Positions 21,035 through 31,176 of a stretch of DNA of 64,000 bases are shown in pieces; positions within the stretch are counted from its first letter, which is position 1; the number at the start of each line of letters is the position of its first letter. The translations under genes were made by a program, and so were the position numbers. This stretch comes from Chitinophagales bacterium (GTDB taxonomy: Bacteria; Bacteroidota; Bacteroidia; Chitinophagales; UBA10324), in contig JBDHXV010000005.1 of the NCBI GenBank assembly GCA_039810885.1, positions 14,610 to 78,609 on the forward strand. Reading direction: 5' to 3'. The notes beneath the pieces were generated by a model. That model worked only from the letters and a program-made list of their open reading frames with translations. It had not been told where the DNA came from and did not search any database.

Positions 21035-21610
21035 CTACCAATCTTCTTTTTTCGGCGCGCTTGTTGATTTTTCCATACCTTCTTTTAAAAACCCAATAAG
21101 CGTGTTGAATGCATCATCGGCTTGAGTCAACGTATTCCAATGTTCTTCTTTCATCGGGTCGTTTTCGTTAAAATAGGTTTCTATAGGCTTATAGCTGGGC
21201 GCCTGTAAATTTATTTTTGTGATTTCATACTTATACTTTCCATCTTTAACCATTATACTGATACTGTATTTGACCATATCTGCCTGAGCTTTTACTCCAT
21301 TCTTTAAAGTTTTCTGCGTTGTAAATTGAGCTTTGCCTTCAATTTTACCAGATCCTGCATCAGCATTTTGAATTACTTGGGAGGAGTTTTTATAGTAGCT
21401 CTTAAAAAAATTAAGTGCTCGCTGATATAACTCATCCTTTGTTACACCACTGAGTTCAACAACTCCTTTGTAGTTGACTATTTTTGTTTCTTCATCGATA
21501 GGCATCTCGGGGCGAGTGATTTCAGTATTCTTCTGAGCATTAACAGAAAAACAGCAGCATAAAAACATGATTGAAAACGCCCATTTTGATTTTAATAGAA
21601 TTGTATTCAT
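21035..21610 (-). CDS. DUF4468-like (TBP-fold) secreted protein
   Basis: The signal peptide follows the internal start MNTILLKSKWAFSIMFLCCCFSVNA. The pattern VNYKGVVELSGVTKDELYQRA...IEGKAQF...YSISIMVKDGKYKYEITKI matches my memory of DUF4468. Confidence 0.55.
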   Translation of the reverse strand: MNTILLKSKWAFSIMFLCCCFSVNAQKNTEITRPEMPIDEETKIVNYKGVVELSGVTKDELYQRALNFFKSYYKNSSQVIQNADAGSGKIEGKAQFTTQKTLKNGVKAQADMVKYSISIMVKDGKYKYEITKINLQAPSYKPIETYFNENDPMKEEHWNTLTQADDAFNTLIGFLKEGMEKSTSAPKKEDW

Positions 21611-21741
21611 AAATTGAGGAAAGATTTTAAGTAAAAAAAGACTAAAACCTGCATTCAGTAAAGATTTCATATAATAAGTTTTCAACAGAAAAAACTACTG
21701 TAACGAGCTTGGTTTTATTACAAAATAAGGTGTAGTTTAAG

Positions 21742-21749
21742 TATCTTTG
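21742..21749 (+). promoter_or_regulatory. Candidate -7 element (TAtcTTTG) for gyrB
   Basis: Exact TAnnTTTG match 24 nt upstream of the gyrB ATG. Confidence 0.3.
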
Positions 21750-21773
21750 AACATCTAAAAAAAATCAAATAAA

Positions 21774-23747
21774 ATGGCGGACGAACTGCTGACAATAAGT
21801 ATGGAAAAAACAACTCACTCGGATTATACTTCAGATAATATTCAAGTACTGGAAGGTTTAGAAGCCGTTCGCAAAAGACCGGCTATGTACATCGGCGATA
21901 TTGGTGTAAGAGGGCTGCATCATTTGGTTTATGAAGTTGTTGATAATTCTATTGATGAGGCTCTTGCCGGATATTGCAAGAACATACAGGTATCAATTAA
22001 TGAAGATAATAGCATCACAGTTATAGACGATGGCCGTGGTATCCCAACCGACATACACAAGAAAGAAAAGCGCAGTGCGCTGGAAGTGGTTATGACAGTA
22101 CTTCACGCAGGTGGTAAGTTTAATAAGGATACCTATAAAGTTTCGGGCGGGTTGCATGGAGTGGGGGTATCGTGCGTGAATGCACTCTCTTCACACATGA
22201 AGGTTACAGTTCATCGCGACGGTAAAATATTTGAACAAGAATACAGTATAGGAAAGCCGCTGTATAGCGTTCGCGAAATTGGAACGACTAATCATACCGG
22301 TACGCAAACCACCTTTTTGCCGGATTCAACTATCTTCACGGTTAAAGACTACAACTTCGACACCTTGGCACATCGCATGTGCGAGTTGGCATATTTGAAC
22401 AAAGGAATTTCTATAACTCTTACCGATAAACGTGAAAAAGATGCAGAGGGCAATTTCTTAAGTAAGAGATATTATTCGGAAAAGGGATTAGAAGAATTTG
22501 TAAAATATCTTGATGGCAATCGCGAGAAGCTACTTCCGGAGCCTATTGTATCTGAGGGAGGCCGCGAGAATGTTGTGGTTCAAATTGCATTGACATATAA
22601 TACGGGGTATAATGAAAATGTTCATTCATACGTCAACAACATAAATACGATTGAAGGAGGAACCCACGTTGCCGGGTTTCGGCGTGCTTTAACTCGTGTC
22701 TTTAAGTCTTATGGCGATCAAAACAAATTGTTTGAAAAGCTCAACTTTGATATCACAGGAGATGATTTTCGTGAAGGACTCACAGCCGTTGTCAGCGTTA
22801 AAGTTCCCGAGCCTCAATTTGAAGGTCAAACGAAGTCGAAACTGGGCAACTCTGAAGTATTGGGTATTGTAGATACAACAGTCGGAGAAGCATTGAACAA
22901 TTATCTTGAAGAGAATCCGCGCGAAGCAAAACAGATAATCAGTAAAGTTATTTTAACGGCAACGGCTCGTCATGCTGCTCGTAAGGCACGTGAGATGGTG
23001 CAGCGCAAAAATGGCATGGCCGGCTCAGGGCTCCCAGGCAAGTTGGCAGACTGTAGCGATAAGGATGCATCAAAATGTGAAATATTTCTTGTAGAGGGAG
23101 ACTCTGCAGGCGGAACGGCTAAACAAGGTCGAAACCGTGCATTCCAAGCTATTTTGCCATTGCGCGGTAAAATTCTTAATGTGGAGAAAGCTATGGAGCA
23201 TAAGATTTATGATAACGAAGAGATAAAAAATATTTTTACAGCCTTAGGGGTCAGTATAGGAACCAAAGAAGACGACAAGGCCCTGAATATAGAGAAACTC
23301 CGCTACCATAAAATTATCATCATGACTGATGCCGATGTGGATGGCTCCCACATCTCCACACTTATACTTACTTTTTTCTTTCGCTTTATGAAAGAGTTAA
23401 TTGTACAAGGATATGTTTACATCGCATCTCCACCATTGTATTTGATAAAGAAAGGAAAAGAACAAGAGTATTGTTGGAACGATGATCAACGCAAGATTGC
23501 GGTAGAACGCATTGCGGGCGGCAAGGAAGATTCCGTAACCATTCAGAGGTATAAAGGTTTGGGAGAAATGAATGCTGAGCAATTGTGGGAAACAACAATG
23601 AATCCGGAAACCCGAACTCTAAAACAAGTAACTATAGAAAATGCCAGCGATGCGGATCATATATTTTCGATGTTGATGGGAGATGATGTGCCACCGCGCA
23701 GGGAGTTTATTGAGCGTAATGCGAAATATGCCAGAGTAGATATCTAG
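21774..23747 (+). CDS. gyrB: DNA gyrase subunit B
   Basis: 657 aa with canonical GHKL ATPase, TOPRIM and tail motifs (LEAVRKRPAMYIG, LHHLVYEVVDNSIDE, EGDSAGG, PLRGKILNVE, IMTDADVDGSHI). Confidence 0.97.
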   Translation: MADELLTISMEKTTHSDYTSDNIQVLEGLEAVRKRPAMYIGDIGVRGLHHLVYEVVDNSIDEALAGYCKNIQVSINEDNSITVIDDGRGIPTDIHKKEKRSALEVVMTVLHAGGKFNKDTYKVSGGLHGVGVSCVNALSSHMKVTVHRDGKIFEQEYSIGKPLYSVREIGTTNHTGTQTTFLPDSTIFTVKDYNFDTLAHRMCELAYLNKGISITLTDKREKDAEGNFLSKRYYSEKGLEEFVKYLDGNREKLLPEPIVSEGGRENVVVQIALTYNTGYNENVHSYVNNINTIEGGTHVAGFRRALTRVFKSYGDQNKLFEKLNFDITGDDFREGLTAVVSVKVPEPQFEGQTKSKLGNSEVLGIVDTTVGEALNNYLEENPREAKQIISKVILTATARHAARKAREMVQRKNGMAGSGLPGKLADCSDKDASKCEIFLVEGDSAGGTAKQGRNRAFQAILPLRGKILNVEKAMEHKIYDNEEIKNIFTALGVSIGTKEDDKALNIEKLRYHKIIIMTDADVDGSHISTLILTFFFRFMKELIVQGYVYIASPPLYLIKKGKEQEYCWNDDQRKIAVERIAGGKEDSVTIQRYKGLGEMNAEQLWETTMNPETRTLKQVTIENASDADHIFSMLMGDDVPPRREFIERNAKYARVDI

Positions 23748-24829
23748 TACTTATCCAATAAGTGTTGTGCTTCTTCTTTCTTCTTAGAATTTGATTGAAT
23801 CAAATCATTCAAGATGTCCTTTCCTTGTTTGCTTTTGCCTTGCAGCAGCAAACAATTGGCCTTAACCAATAAAGCATCATCACGATAGGCGAGTTTACTA
23901 TCCGGCTGTGATATAATTTGATTACACAAAGAAATAGATTGCTCATACTTCTTCTGCTGCAATAGCTTTTTTGCAGTTATCAATAACTCTTCAGGAGCTT
24001 GTTGTTTATTGAGATTGAGTGAATCGTTGTAACTCTCACTTAATATTAGCTGCGGCGTTACTTCTTCGCTCTTAGCGCTTATATCTTTTTTGTTCGAATG
24101 CTTCTTATTAATTGAAAGAGCGTCAGACTCAACAACCGTGGTGCTGCTCTCAGTCTTAATCGGTTCTTCATCCACAATCGGGGGTGGAATTCTATAATCC
24201 TCAACCGAAATATTATCTGAAAAGGCTGTTTCATGGCTTGGTTGGGTTGGGGCCGTGATAGTGTTTCCTTCATTTACGCTGCTAAGGGTGCCCTTCATTT
24301 CTGGAGGTGGTGGCGTAGGGGGCAGAGTAGAAGTTGCTGAAGGTGATGACTCATCCGGTTTTAATTCATTGTGATTTGAAATATCAGGAGTAATGTATAG
24401 GGTGTTTGACTTAACAGATGGACTCATTTGCTGAGGTTTTATTTCGGGATGAGTTATTTCCTCAGAATTCAGCGTTCCGGCTAATTCCTTTTCATCAGGC
24501 TGCATGAAATGATTAATTAAAACAGCTAAGCTCATCAGAATGAGAAATGAGGCGGCCACAGCAAGCCAGCGAGTTAAAGGTACGCCGCGCCCTTTATTGG
24601 TTTCTTTTAACAATCTCTCATCAATCTTTTGATTTATGGATTCTATACTTTCATTAAAAGAATCTTTAGAAGTTAACTTCATTCCCTCCAACATATCTGC
24701 GCAAATCTCACACTCTTCAATATGTTTATACCACTGCGTTTCCATAGGGTGAGCTCCTTGTGAATAGGCTAGCATGCTGAGTTGTTCCTCAGTAAGGCAT
24801 TTACTTCTATGTACTTCCTTATTGCTCAC
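23744..24829 (-). CDS. Anti-sigma factor (zf-HC2-like, single TM, Pro/Ser/Thr-rich linker, C-terminal TPR-like region)
   Basis: H-x3-C-x2-C motif HIEECEICADM, TM helix WLAVAASFLILMSLAVLINHF and the low-complexity stretch TLPPTPPPPE. The gene overlaps the upstream sigma gene by 11 nt. Confidence 0.6.
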   Translation of the reverse strand: MSNKEVHRSKCLTEEQLSMLAYSQGAHPMETQWYKHIEECEICADMLEGMKLTSKDSFNESIESINQKIDERLLKETNKGRGVPLTRWLAVAASFLILMSLAVLINHFMQPDEKELAGTLNSEEITHPEIKPQQMSPSVKSNTLYITPDISNHNELKPDESSPSATSTLPPTPPPPEMKGTLSSVNEGNTITAPTQPSHETAFSDNISVEDYRIPPPIVDEEPIKTESSTTVVESDALSINKKHSNKKDISAKSEEVTPQLILSESYNDSLNLNKQQAPEELLITAKKLLQQKKYEQSISLCNQIISQPDSKLAYRDDALLVKANCLLLQGKSKQGKDILNDLIQSNSKKKEEAQHLLDKY

Positions 24830-25409
24830 GTGTTTTCTCTAATTGTGTTTTTAAATTCCGTTTCCCGTTTTGAATATGACTGCGCACCTCATTCATGGTA
24901 TATCCTGTTTGTTCCACAATTTCTTGGTATGATTTATTGTGTAGATAAAATAATTCTACACAAACCCGCTGCGGCTCATTTAGTGTAAGTAATGCGTTAT
25001 TCATTTCATTCAACAGATGTTCTTTCCATTCTCCTCGTTCATGATGCGGATCAGTCTGTATTTCCATAAACACCTCAGCTTCTTTTTTTAATTGATTCTG
25101 ATGTATAAGGATGCTTTGTTCTTTTCGCAACTTCATTAGACAATGATTCTTTGAAACTGTATGAAGCCAAAATCTAAACTCCTTAACTTCATGCTTGGGT
25201 AGTTTTATTAACAACGCTTCAAAAATCTGCATGACCGCATCTTCGGCATCGTCGCGGTTTTTCAAGTATTTCATGCAAACACTAAAGACTACATGTGTGT
25301 ATCGTTTGAATAGAATACCAATGGCCTCTTTTACTTGTTGCGATTTGTAAAGTTGAATTAGCTCACTATCGGTGCGTGTATGTAAACTACCTTGATTCAA
25401 TGCTAGCAA
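24819..25409 (-). CDS. ECF-type RNA polymerase sigma-70 family factor
   Basis: 196 aa. Region 2 (DAEDAVMQIF...WLHTVSKNHCL) and a region 4 HTH (SYQEIVEQTGYTMNEVRSHIQNGKRNL) are both present. Confidence 0.8.
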   Translation of the reverse strand: MLALNQGSLHTRTDSELIQLYKSQQVKEAIGILFKRYTHVVFSVCMKYLKNRDDAEDAVMQIFEALLIKLPKHEVKEFRFWLHTVSKNHCLMKLRKEQSILIHQNQLKKEAEVFMEIQTDPHHERGEWKEHLLNEMNNALLTLNEPQRVCVELFYLHNKSYQEIVEQTGYTMNEVRSHIQNGKRNLKTQLEKTREQ

Positions 25410-25489
25410 TAACGATTATTAAATGTAGTCAATATTGTCTTTTAAAATTTATTTCAAAATTATTTAGAAGCGTTTGTGTAAAGATAATA

Positions 25490-28400
25490 ATGAAAGCATC
25501 TTCACTTAAAACGAGTCGTAATATGAAACCCACCACCACCACCCTAAAGATTCTCACAGCTCTTTTTGTTGCTGTTGCAACGATAACACCAATGATTCAG
25601 GCACAACAAAATTTTGTACAACTGAAAGACGAGCAAATAGATTCGTTAGAGCACTTATTCAACAAACAAGCACAAGCTTATGTTGAAGATAGATTATATC
25701 TAAGTACGAACCAGCCTATATACAGCCCCGGGGAAAACATTTGGTTTTCTGTCTTTGTACGAGATGCACAACTGAAAAAATCGAATAAGAGCGAAATTGT
25801 ACACGTAGAGCTTAAAACACCATCAGGTAAAATTGCACAACAACTCAACCTCATTGCACGTAATGGACAGGCCGGAGGCGATTTTATTACATCTAATACT
25901 ATGCCTGGAGGCTATTATAAGATTAGAGCTTATACCGATTGGATGCTAAACGAAAGTGATTCTGCAGGATATACCAAAGAAGTTTTATTACAAAAAGTTA
26001 TTCTTCCGCGACTGAAAATGAACTTAACTTTTGATAAAACAAGCTATAGTAAAGGGGATGAGGTTATTGCTAAATTCTCTGCAAACACGAACGAGAATAA
26101 GCCCCTTCGTAACAAGTCGTTTACCTATGAGTTAAAAGTGGATGGCCTAAAATTTAAAGAAGGTACTTCTACTACCGGCGATGACGGTGTGATGTATGTA
26201 CGTTACAATTTACCGGTAAAAATGAAAACACGAGATGTGCAGATGAATGTTAAATTAGATTATGATGGAGTAACAGAAGGTCTGAACAAGCAGATATCGA
26301 TTTCTTCTAATAATATATCACTTCAATTTTACCCCGAAGGCGGAGATTTGATTTTGAACACACCCTCAAGGGTGGCTTTTAAGGCAAGCGATGAAGATGG
26401 TAATCCGGTAAGTGTTGATGGCGTGATTAAAGATACAAAGGGACATGTCATAACAGAGTTTAAAACCTATCATAAGGGAATGGGCTTATTCCATTTCACA
26501 CCCGCTCAAGGAGAAAGTTATTACGCATTTATAAAAAAGCCAAGTGATGTTTCAGAAACATGGAACTTGCCTAAACCTCTCACATACGGTTATACTATGG
26601 AAGTGAATACAGCCGGAGACGAGTTGTTGCTAAACATTCATTCTACCGGAATATTTAAAGCCAACATTATCATACAAATTAGAGGACAGATCTATTTCAG
26701 CGCATCAAGATTATTGTCGGAAGGGGACAATGAAGTGCGCATCTCAACAGCAAATTTCCCGGCAGGAGTTGCTCAAATAACGTTGTTAGACCAGCAATTG
26801 ATTCCACGTACAGAACGGCTTGTCTTTGTGAATCGAGATAGGCAATTAAGCGTAAGCATTGAAACTGAGCGAGACCAATATCAAAGCAGGGACAAGGTAA
26901 AAGCAACACTTCGAACTACCGATGCTAGCGGCAATCCTGTGCCGGCATACGTTTTAGTTAACGTAGTTAATGATCAATTAGTAAACTATGCAGATGATAA
27001 GTCTTCCAATATCTTATCTGCTATGTTGTTAGAATATGATTTGAAGGAAAAGGTAGAGGATCCTAATTTTTATTTTGACCTCAATGAATCCAAATCATTA
27101 TCGGCTCTCGACTTATTGATGATGACTTCAGGTTGGAGACGTTTTTCTTGGAAACAAATTCTTACTCAGCAAACTCCGACATTGACTCATGAAGGAGAAA
27201 TAGCATCTTTTACAATATTGGTTATTGATGGAGTAACCGGAAAACCATTGCCACACGCACATTTGAAATTGAAGCAAAGTGGTTCACTATTCGCTACCGA
27301 TAATGTTGGGAAAGCATTATTTACAAATATTGATTTGTATGAACCTGTAGCGCTCACCGTTTCTGCATCAAATTATAATTCTGAAGAAATTACAATTTCA
27401 AAATATGCAACAACCAACACAGTATGGCTCTATCCAACGAATTACATATACCCCGATTTGATGATGGATGCTGCACCAATACAGATAAAAGGTGATCAGA
27501 TACAACAACAAAATGCAGAGATAATCATGCCGGCTCCTAAAGATATTGAACAAGTGAAACGGAGAACAAAACCTCAAGAGGACCAGTTGAAAAAGAAAGA
27601 AGAGCAAGATCATCAAGAACTAATAGTTGATAAACGCATCAATACCATATTTAAAATGGATACCACAATCCAAAAACAAAATCAAACCGTAACCTACTAT
27701 CGTACACGAATATTTCCGCAAAAAAAATACGCACCAAATATTTCTGACGTGCGATCAGATTTTAACCCGACTTTATATTTTAATCATGCATTAGAAACAG
27801 ATATAAATGGTAAAGTAAGTTTTGAGTTTACAACAAATGATTTGATTACTTCTTTTCGAATTATTGCAGAAGGAATTGCTTCAAGCGGGCTTATAGGAAG
27901 ACAAGAAAAACTAATTTTTACACAGCTCCCGATAACAATCCAGTCCAAGTTACCGGGTACACTAACTTCAGGTGATTTGTTCAGCCTTCCTGTTATCGTA
28001 AAAAACAACTCATCAAAAACAATTACAGGAACTGTTTCAGTTCGCTACAACGTAGAAGTATTTGCTTCAGAGAATAAGGATACAACCATAACACTGCCGG
28101 CACAGACAACTTATGTACTCTATCGTAAGTTGAAAGCACTGCCGGTACAAGCTTTAGATACTATTCAACTAACGTTTAACGGCACTGATTACAGTGATGC
28201 AACAACTGTTCCGGTGAGCGTTGACCTGAGAGGATTTCCTGTTCAACAAAGCTTTAGTGGACGAGATTTAGAAAAGTCATTCTCCTTCAAAATTAAAGAT
28301 GCATTACCGGGCACAGTAAAAGTTACTGTTACGGCTTACCCGAGCACAGTAAGCACGATTTTAAAAGGAGTCAGCGGCCTTCTTCGCAGGCCCAGTGGCT

Positions 28401-29818
28401 GCTTTGAACAAACCAGCATGTCATCATATCCTAATGCCATGATCATGGATTACTTACGTAACAGCCAAAATGGCGATGAGAAAACGTATGCTCAGGCAAA
28501 ACAACTATTAGCGGAAGGTTATGCACGCTTAGTCACTTTTGAAACGAAGCAGAAGGGATATGAATGGTTTGGTTCTGCTCCAGGTCACGAGGCCTTGACC
28601 GCGTATGGGCTAATGCAATTTAATGAGTATAAAATGTTATATAAGGATGTTGACGAAGAAATGATTAAGCGCACATCGGACTGGTTACTTGCACGAAGAA
28701 ATGGAAAAGGAGGTTATCAGCGTAACCCTAATGCATTGGATAATTTTGGACGGGCAAATGAAGAAGTAACTAACCTATATATAACCTATGCATTGAGTGA
28801 AGCAGGGTATAGTGACTTAGCTCAGGAGATTGAATATTCATATCAAACAGCATTGACTTCTAGCGATCCATATTTATTAGCACTTGCGGCAAATACCTTG
28901 CTCAATGCGAAAGACAAAGCCCGGGCAGACAAGTTGATGGTTAAATTATATGCCACACAAAACGCAGAGGGGGCACTTAAAGGAGCAAAACAAAGTATTA
29001 CCTGCTCTTCCGGCATTGGCCTTGATGTGGAAACAACTTCCTTGGGAGTATTAGCAATGATGCGCACTACCTATCCAGATTATGTAAAAATTGAAAAGTC
29101 TGTTGATTACCTTCTGAACATGCGTAATGCTTATGGCGATTGGGGTAATACGCAAGCTACCATTCTTGCATTAAAGACAATAAGTAAATACAGCTTGTTT
29201 TCTAAGCGAACTGCTGAATCGGGAACTATAATTGTTTTTATAGGTGATAAGCAAATTGGTGAAGCAAGCTTTAGAGCAGGAGAAACGGAGCCTATAGAAC
29301 TCTCCGGCTTGGAGCAATTTATAGAAGAAGGCAATCATAATCTAAAGATAAAATATAAAGGAGTGAAAGTGGCGTTGCCTTATAGCGTGAACATTACATA
29401 TAATGTGGCACGGCCTCCTTCATCCGATGCGTGTGATTTATCATTGCACACGACTATAAACACTACTCAATGCCGGGTAGGAGATATCGTGCGTATGACG
29501 ATTACGGTTCAAAATAAGCGTAATGATGCAAAGCCTTTTAGTACAGCGGTTATAGGAATTCCTGCGGGATTAAGTATTCAGGCATCACAGCTAAAAGCAC
29601 TTCAAACACAAAACAGATTGGCATACTTCGAAATATGGGACAATAATCTGGTGCTCTATTTTCGTCAGATAAAAAGCAATGAAGAGATTGAAATCCCCGT
29701 AGATCTTAAAGCTGAGATCCCGGGTCAATTTGAAGCTGCTGCAAGTAACGTGTTCTTGTATTACACCACAGAATATAAGGACTGGGTTATGGGTGAAAAA
29801 ATAAATATCACAAAATAA
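25490..29818 (+). CDS. Alpha-2-macroglobulin/thioester-containing family protein (MG domains + thioester domain)
   Basis: An MG2-like segment STNQPIYSPGENIWFSVFV lies near the N-terminus. The thioester motif GCFEQT is at 28397-28414 (Cys codon 28400-28402). Alpha/alpha-toroid-like repeats follow (GYEWFG...HEALTAYGL, GGYQRN, WGNTQATILALKT). The signal peptide follows ATG 25490, and the track ORF start at 25376 is an upstream extension. Confidence 0.8.
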   Translation: MKASSLKTSRNMKPTTTTLKILTALFVAVATITPMIQAQQNFVQLKDEQIDSLEHLFNKQAQAYVEDRLYLSTNQPIYSPGENIWFSVFVRDAQLKKSNKSEIVHVELKTPSGKIAQQLNLIARNGQAGGDFITSNTMPGGYYKIRAYTDWMLNESDSAGYTKEVLLQKVILPRLKMNLTFDKTSYSKGDEVIAKFSANTNENKPLRNKSFTYELKVDGLKFKEGTSTTGDDGVMYVRYNLPVKMKTRDVQMNVKLDYDGVTEGLNKQISISSNNISLQFYPEGGDLILNTPSRVAFKASDEDGNPVSVDGVIKDTKGHVITEFKTYHKGMGLFHFTPAQGESYYAFIKKPSDVSETWNLPKPLTYGYTMEVNTAGDELLLNIHSTGIFKANIIIQIRGQIYFSASRLLSEGDNEVRISTANFPAGVAQITLLDQQLIPRTERLVFVNRDRQLSVSIETERDQYQSRDKVKATLRTTDASGNPVPAYVLVNVVNDQLVNYADDKSSNILSAMLLEYDLKEKVEDPNFYFDLNESKSLSALDLLMMTSGWRRFSWKQILTQQTPTLTHEGEIASFTILVIDGVTGKPLPHAHLKLKQSGSLFATDNVGKALFTNIDLYEPVALTVSASNYNSEEITISKYATTNTVWLYPTNYIYPDLMMDAAPIQIKGDQIQQQNAEIIMPAPKDIEQVKRRTKPQEDQLKKKEEQDHQELIVDKRINTIFKMDTTIQKQNQTVTYYRTRIFPQKKYAPNISDVRSDFNPTLYFNHALETDINGKVSFEFTTNDLITSFRIIAEGIASSGLIGRQEKLIFTQLPITIQSKLPGTLTSGDLFSLPVIVKNNSSKTITGTVSVRYNVEVFASENKDTTITLPAQTTYVLYRKLKALPVQALDTIQLTFNGTDYSDATTVPVSVDLRGFPVQQSFSGRDLEKSFSFKIKDALPGTVKVTVTAYPSTVSTILKGVSGLLRRPSGCFEQTSMSSYPNAMIMDYLRNSQNGDEKTYAQAKQLLAEGYARLVTFETKQKGYEWFGSAPGHEALTAYGLMQFNEYKMLYKDVDEEMIKRTSDWLLARRNGKGGYQRNPNALDNFGRANEEVTNLYITYALSEAGYSDLAQEIEYSYQTALTSSDPYLLALAANTLLNAKDKARADKLMVKLYATQNAEGALKGAKQSITCSSGIGLDVETTSLGVLAMMRTTYPDYVKIEKSVDYLLNMRNAYGDWGNTQATILALKTISKYSLFSKRTAESGTIIVFIGDKQIGEASFRAGETEPIELSGLEQFIEEGNHNLKIKYKGVKVALPYSVNITYNVARPPSSDACDLSLHTTINTTQCRVGDIVRMTITVQNKRNDAKPFSTAVIGIPAGLSIQASQLKALQTQNRLAYFEIWDNNLVLYFRQIKSNEEIEIPVDLKAEIPGQFEAAASNVFLYYTTEYKDWVMGEKINITK

Positions 29819-29855
29819 TTACGTGATCGAGGTTTGGTTAATTCATTTTTGAGCT

Positions 29856-29890
29856 ATTGCGCGGCTTGCATTGCAAGCCGCGCAATTTTT
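29856..29890 (+). terminator. Strong rho-independent terminator
   Basis: A near-perfect ~13-bp GC-rich hairpin (attgcgcggcttgc...gcaagccgcgcaat) is followed by TTTT. Confidence 0.75.
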
Positions 29891-30000
29891 ACGAACAACA
29901 TAAAGCTTTTATTAATAATAAGGCTTTTACAAAATGTAACAATAGTGGCTATCTATAGACTATCACCGATAGAATTTTGTGCCATCATAAATAATAGAAT

Positions 30001-30258
30001 ATGAGCAAGAATAAAATTGTCATTGACGTGCGTTCTCAAGGTGAGTTCTTATCGGGCTGTGTTCCGGGGAGCATTAATATTCCCTTGCAGGAAATAAGCC
30101 GGCGATTGGAAGAAATTAAATCAATGAAACAGCCAATTATTTTGTGCTGCGCCAGTGGAAATCGCAGTGGGCAGGCGGAATTATTTCTGAAATCAGCCGG
30201 TGTAGATTGCGAGAATGGCGGGTCTTGGTTTGATGTAATGTACTCTTCAGAGTTGTAA
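30001..30258 (+). CDS. Single-domain rhodanese-like sulfurtransferase
   Basis: 85 aa. The active-site loop is CASGNRSG, and the VIDVRSQGEF...GSINIP pattern is present. Confidence 0.75.
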   Translation: MSKNKIVIDVRSQGEFLSGCVPGSINIPLQEISRRLEEIKSMKQPIILCCASGNRSGQAELFLKSAGVDCENGGSWFDVMYSSEL

Positions 30259-30405
30259 AAAAGCACTTCCTGCATTTTATTAATTAATAAGAAGAAAGTA
30301 GCCTCCTATTAGCTTATTTATATGCGAGAATAATGTGTTGGTAAGCAGTCTTAGGTTTAATTAAAAACTCTGAGCAAAATCATAAATAGACATTAACGAT
30401 AATGA

Positions 30406-30413
30406 TAACTTTG
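30406..30413 (+). promoter_or_regulatory. Candidate -7 element (TAacTTTG)
   Basis: Exact TAnnTTTG match 19 nt upstream of the ATG at 30433. Confidence 0.3.
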
Positions 30414-30432
30414 GATAATAAAATAGCCCACT

Positions 30433-31161
30433 ATGCACAAACTTCTCATTCCCCTCTGCCTTGTAATGCTCTTTGGTTGCAAACCTGAAGAACATGATGA
30501 GCCTGCACCTGCAGCGACAACGGGCACACTCGAGTTTAATGTTGAGTTTAGACACAAAACGAATAAACTTATCTATGATACCATTATGTATCAAAATGCG
30601 GCAGGTAACCACTATTCGGTAAGCACAGTAAAGGCTATTCTTTCATCCATTAAGCTATTGAAGAATATGCAAGCATCATTTACCGATAAAGGGTATTATT
30701 TTATTGACGCCCGTGATGCGGCCTATCAAAAAATCATATTGAATAATATTCCTGCGGGCACCTATTCGGGGATTGAGTTCCTTATTGGCATTGACTCCCT
30801 TCATAACAAACATGATTCTTTACCTCAAACAACCTACTTTCAAAATATGCTGTGGCCTACGATGATGGGAGGAGGATATCACTTCTTAAAATTTGAAGGA
30901 CAGTTCTTAAGTGCCGGTAATCCGCTAGGATATACCTTACATCTTGGGACTAACGGATACACTTCCTTAGATGTTATTACTTTCCCTATAGATATTAAAG
31001 CAGGCGAAAAACGCACGTTAAAACTCATTGTTGATGTAAATGAGTGGTTTGATAACCCTTACCCTTATAACCTTGAAACAGATGGATATGCTATTATGGG
31101 AGATAAGCCTGCTATGCAGAAAGTAGCGGATAACGGAAGTGATGTATTAAGTATTGAATAA
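30433..31161 (+). CDS. MbnP-family-like lipoprotein (putative copper-binding partner of the downstream di-haem enzyme)
   Basis: Lipoprotein signal LVMLFGC (Cys codon 30478-30480), ~240 aa. The motif LWPTMMGGGYHFLKFEG matches my recollection of MbnP-family proteins. The gene lies 15 nt upstream of a MauG/CCP-type gene. Confidence 0.5.
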   Translation: MHKLLIPLCLVMLFGCKPEEHDEPAPAATTGTLEFNVEFRHKTNKLIYDTIMYQNAAGNHYSVSTVKAILSSIKLLKNMQASFTDKGYYFIDARDAAYQKIILNNIPAGTYSGIEFLIGIDSLHNKHDSLPQTTYFQNMLWPTMMGGGYHFLKFEGQFLSAGNPLGYTLHLGTNGYTSLDVITFPIDIKAGEKRTLKLIVDVNEWFDNPYPYNLETDGYAIMGDKPAMQKVADNGSDVLSIE

Positions 31162-31176
31162 AGAAAATAAAAAATC

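Noticed and set aside
23744-23747. gyrB and the anti-sigma gene share overlapping stop codons within the palindrome CTAG
   Set aside because: This is a trivial consequence of convergent compact genes and has no functional implication that I can support.
25376-25489. N-terminal 38-codon extension of the A2M-like ORF, which overlaps the divergent sigma gene start
   Set aside because: The internal ATG at 25490 is followed by a proper signal peptide. The extension would overlap the sigma-factor coding region head-to-head.
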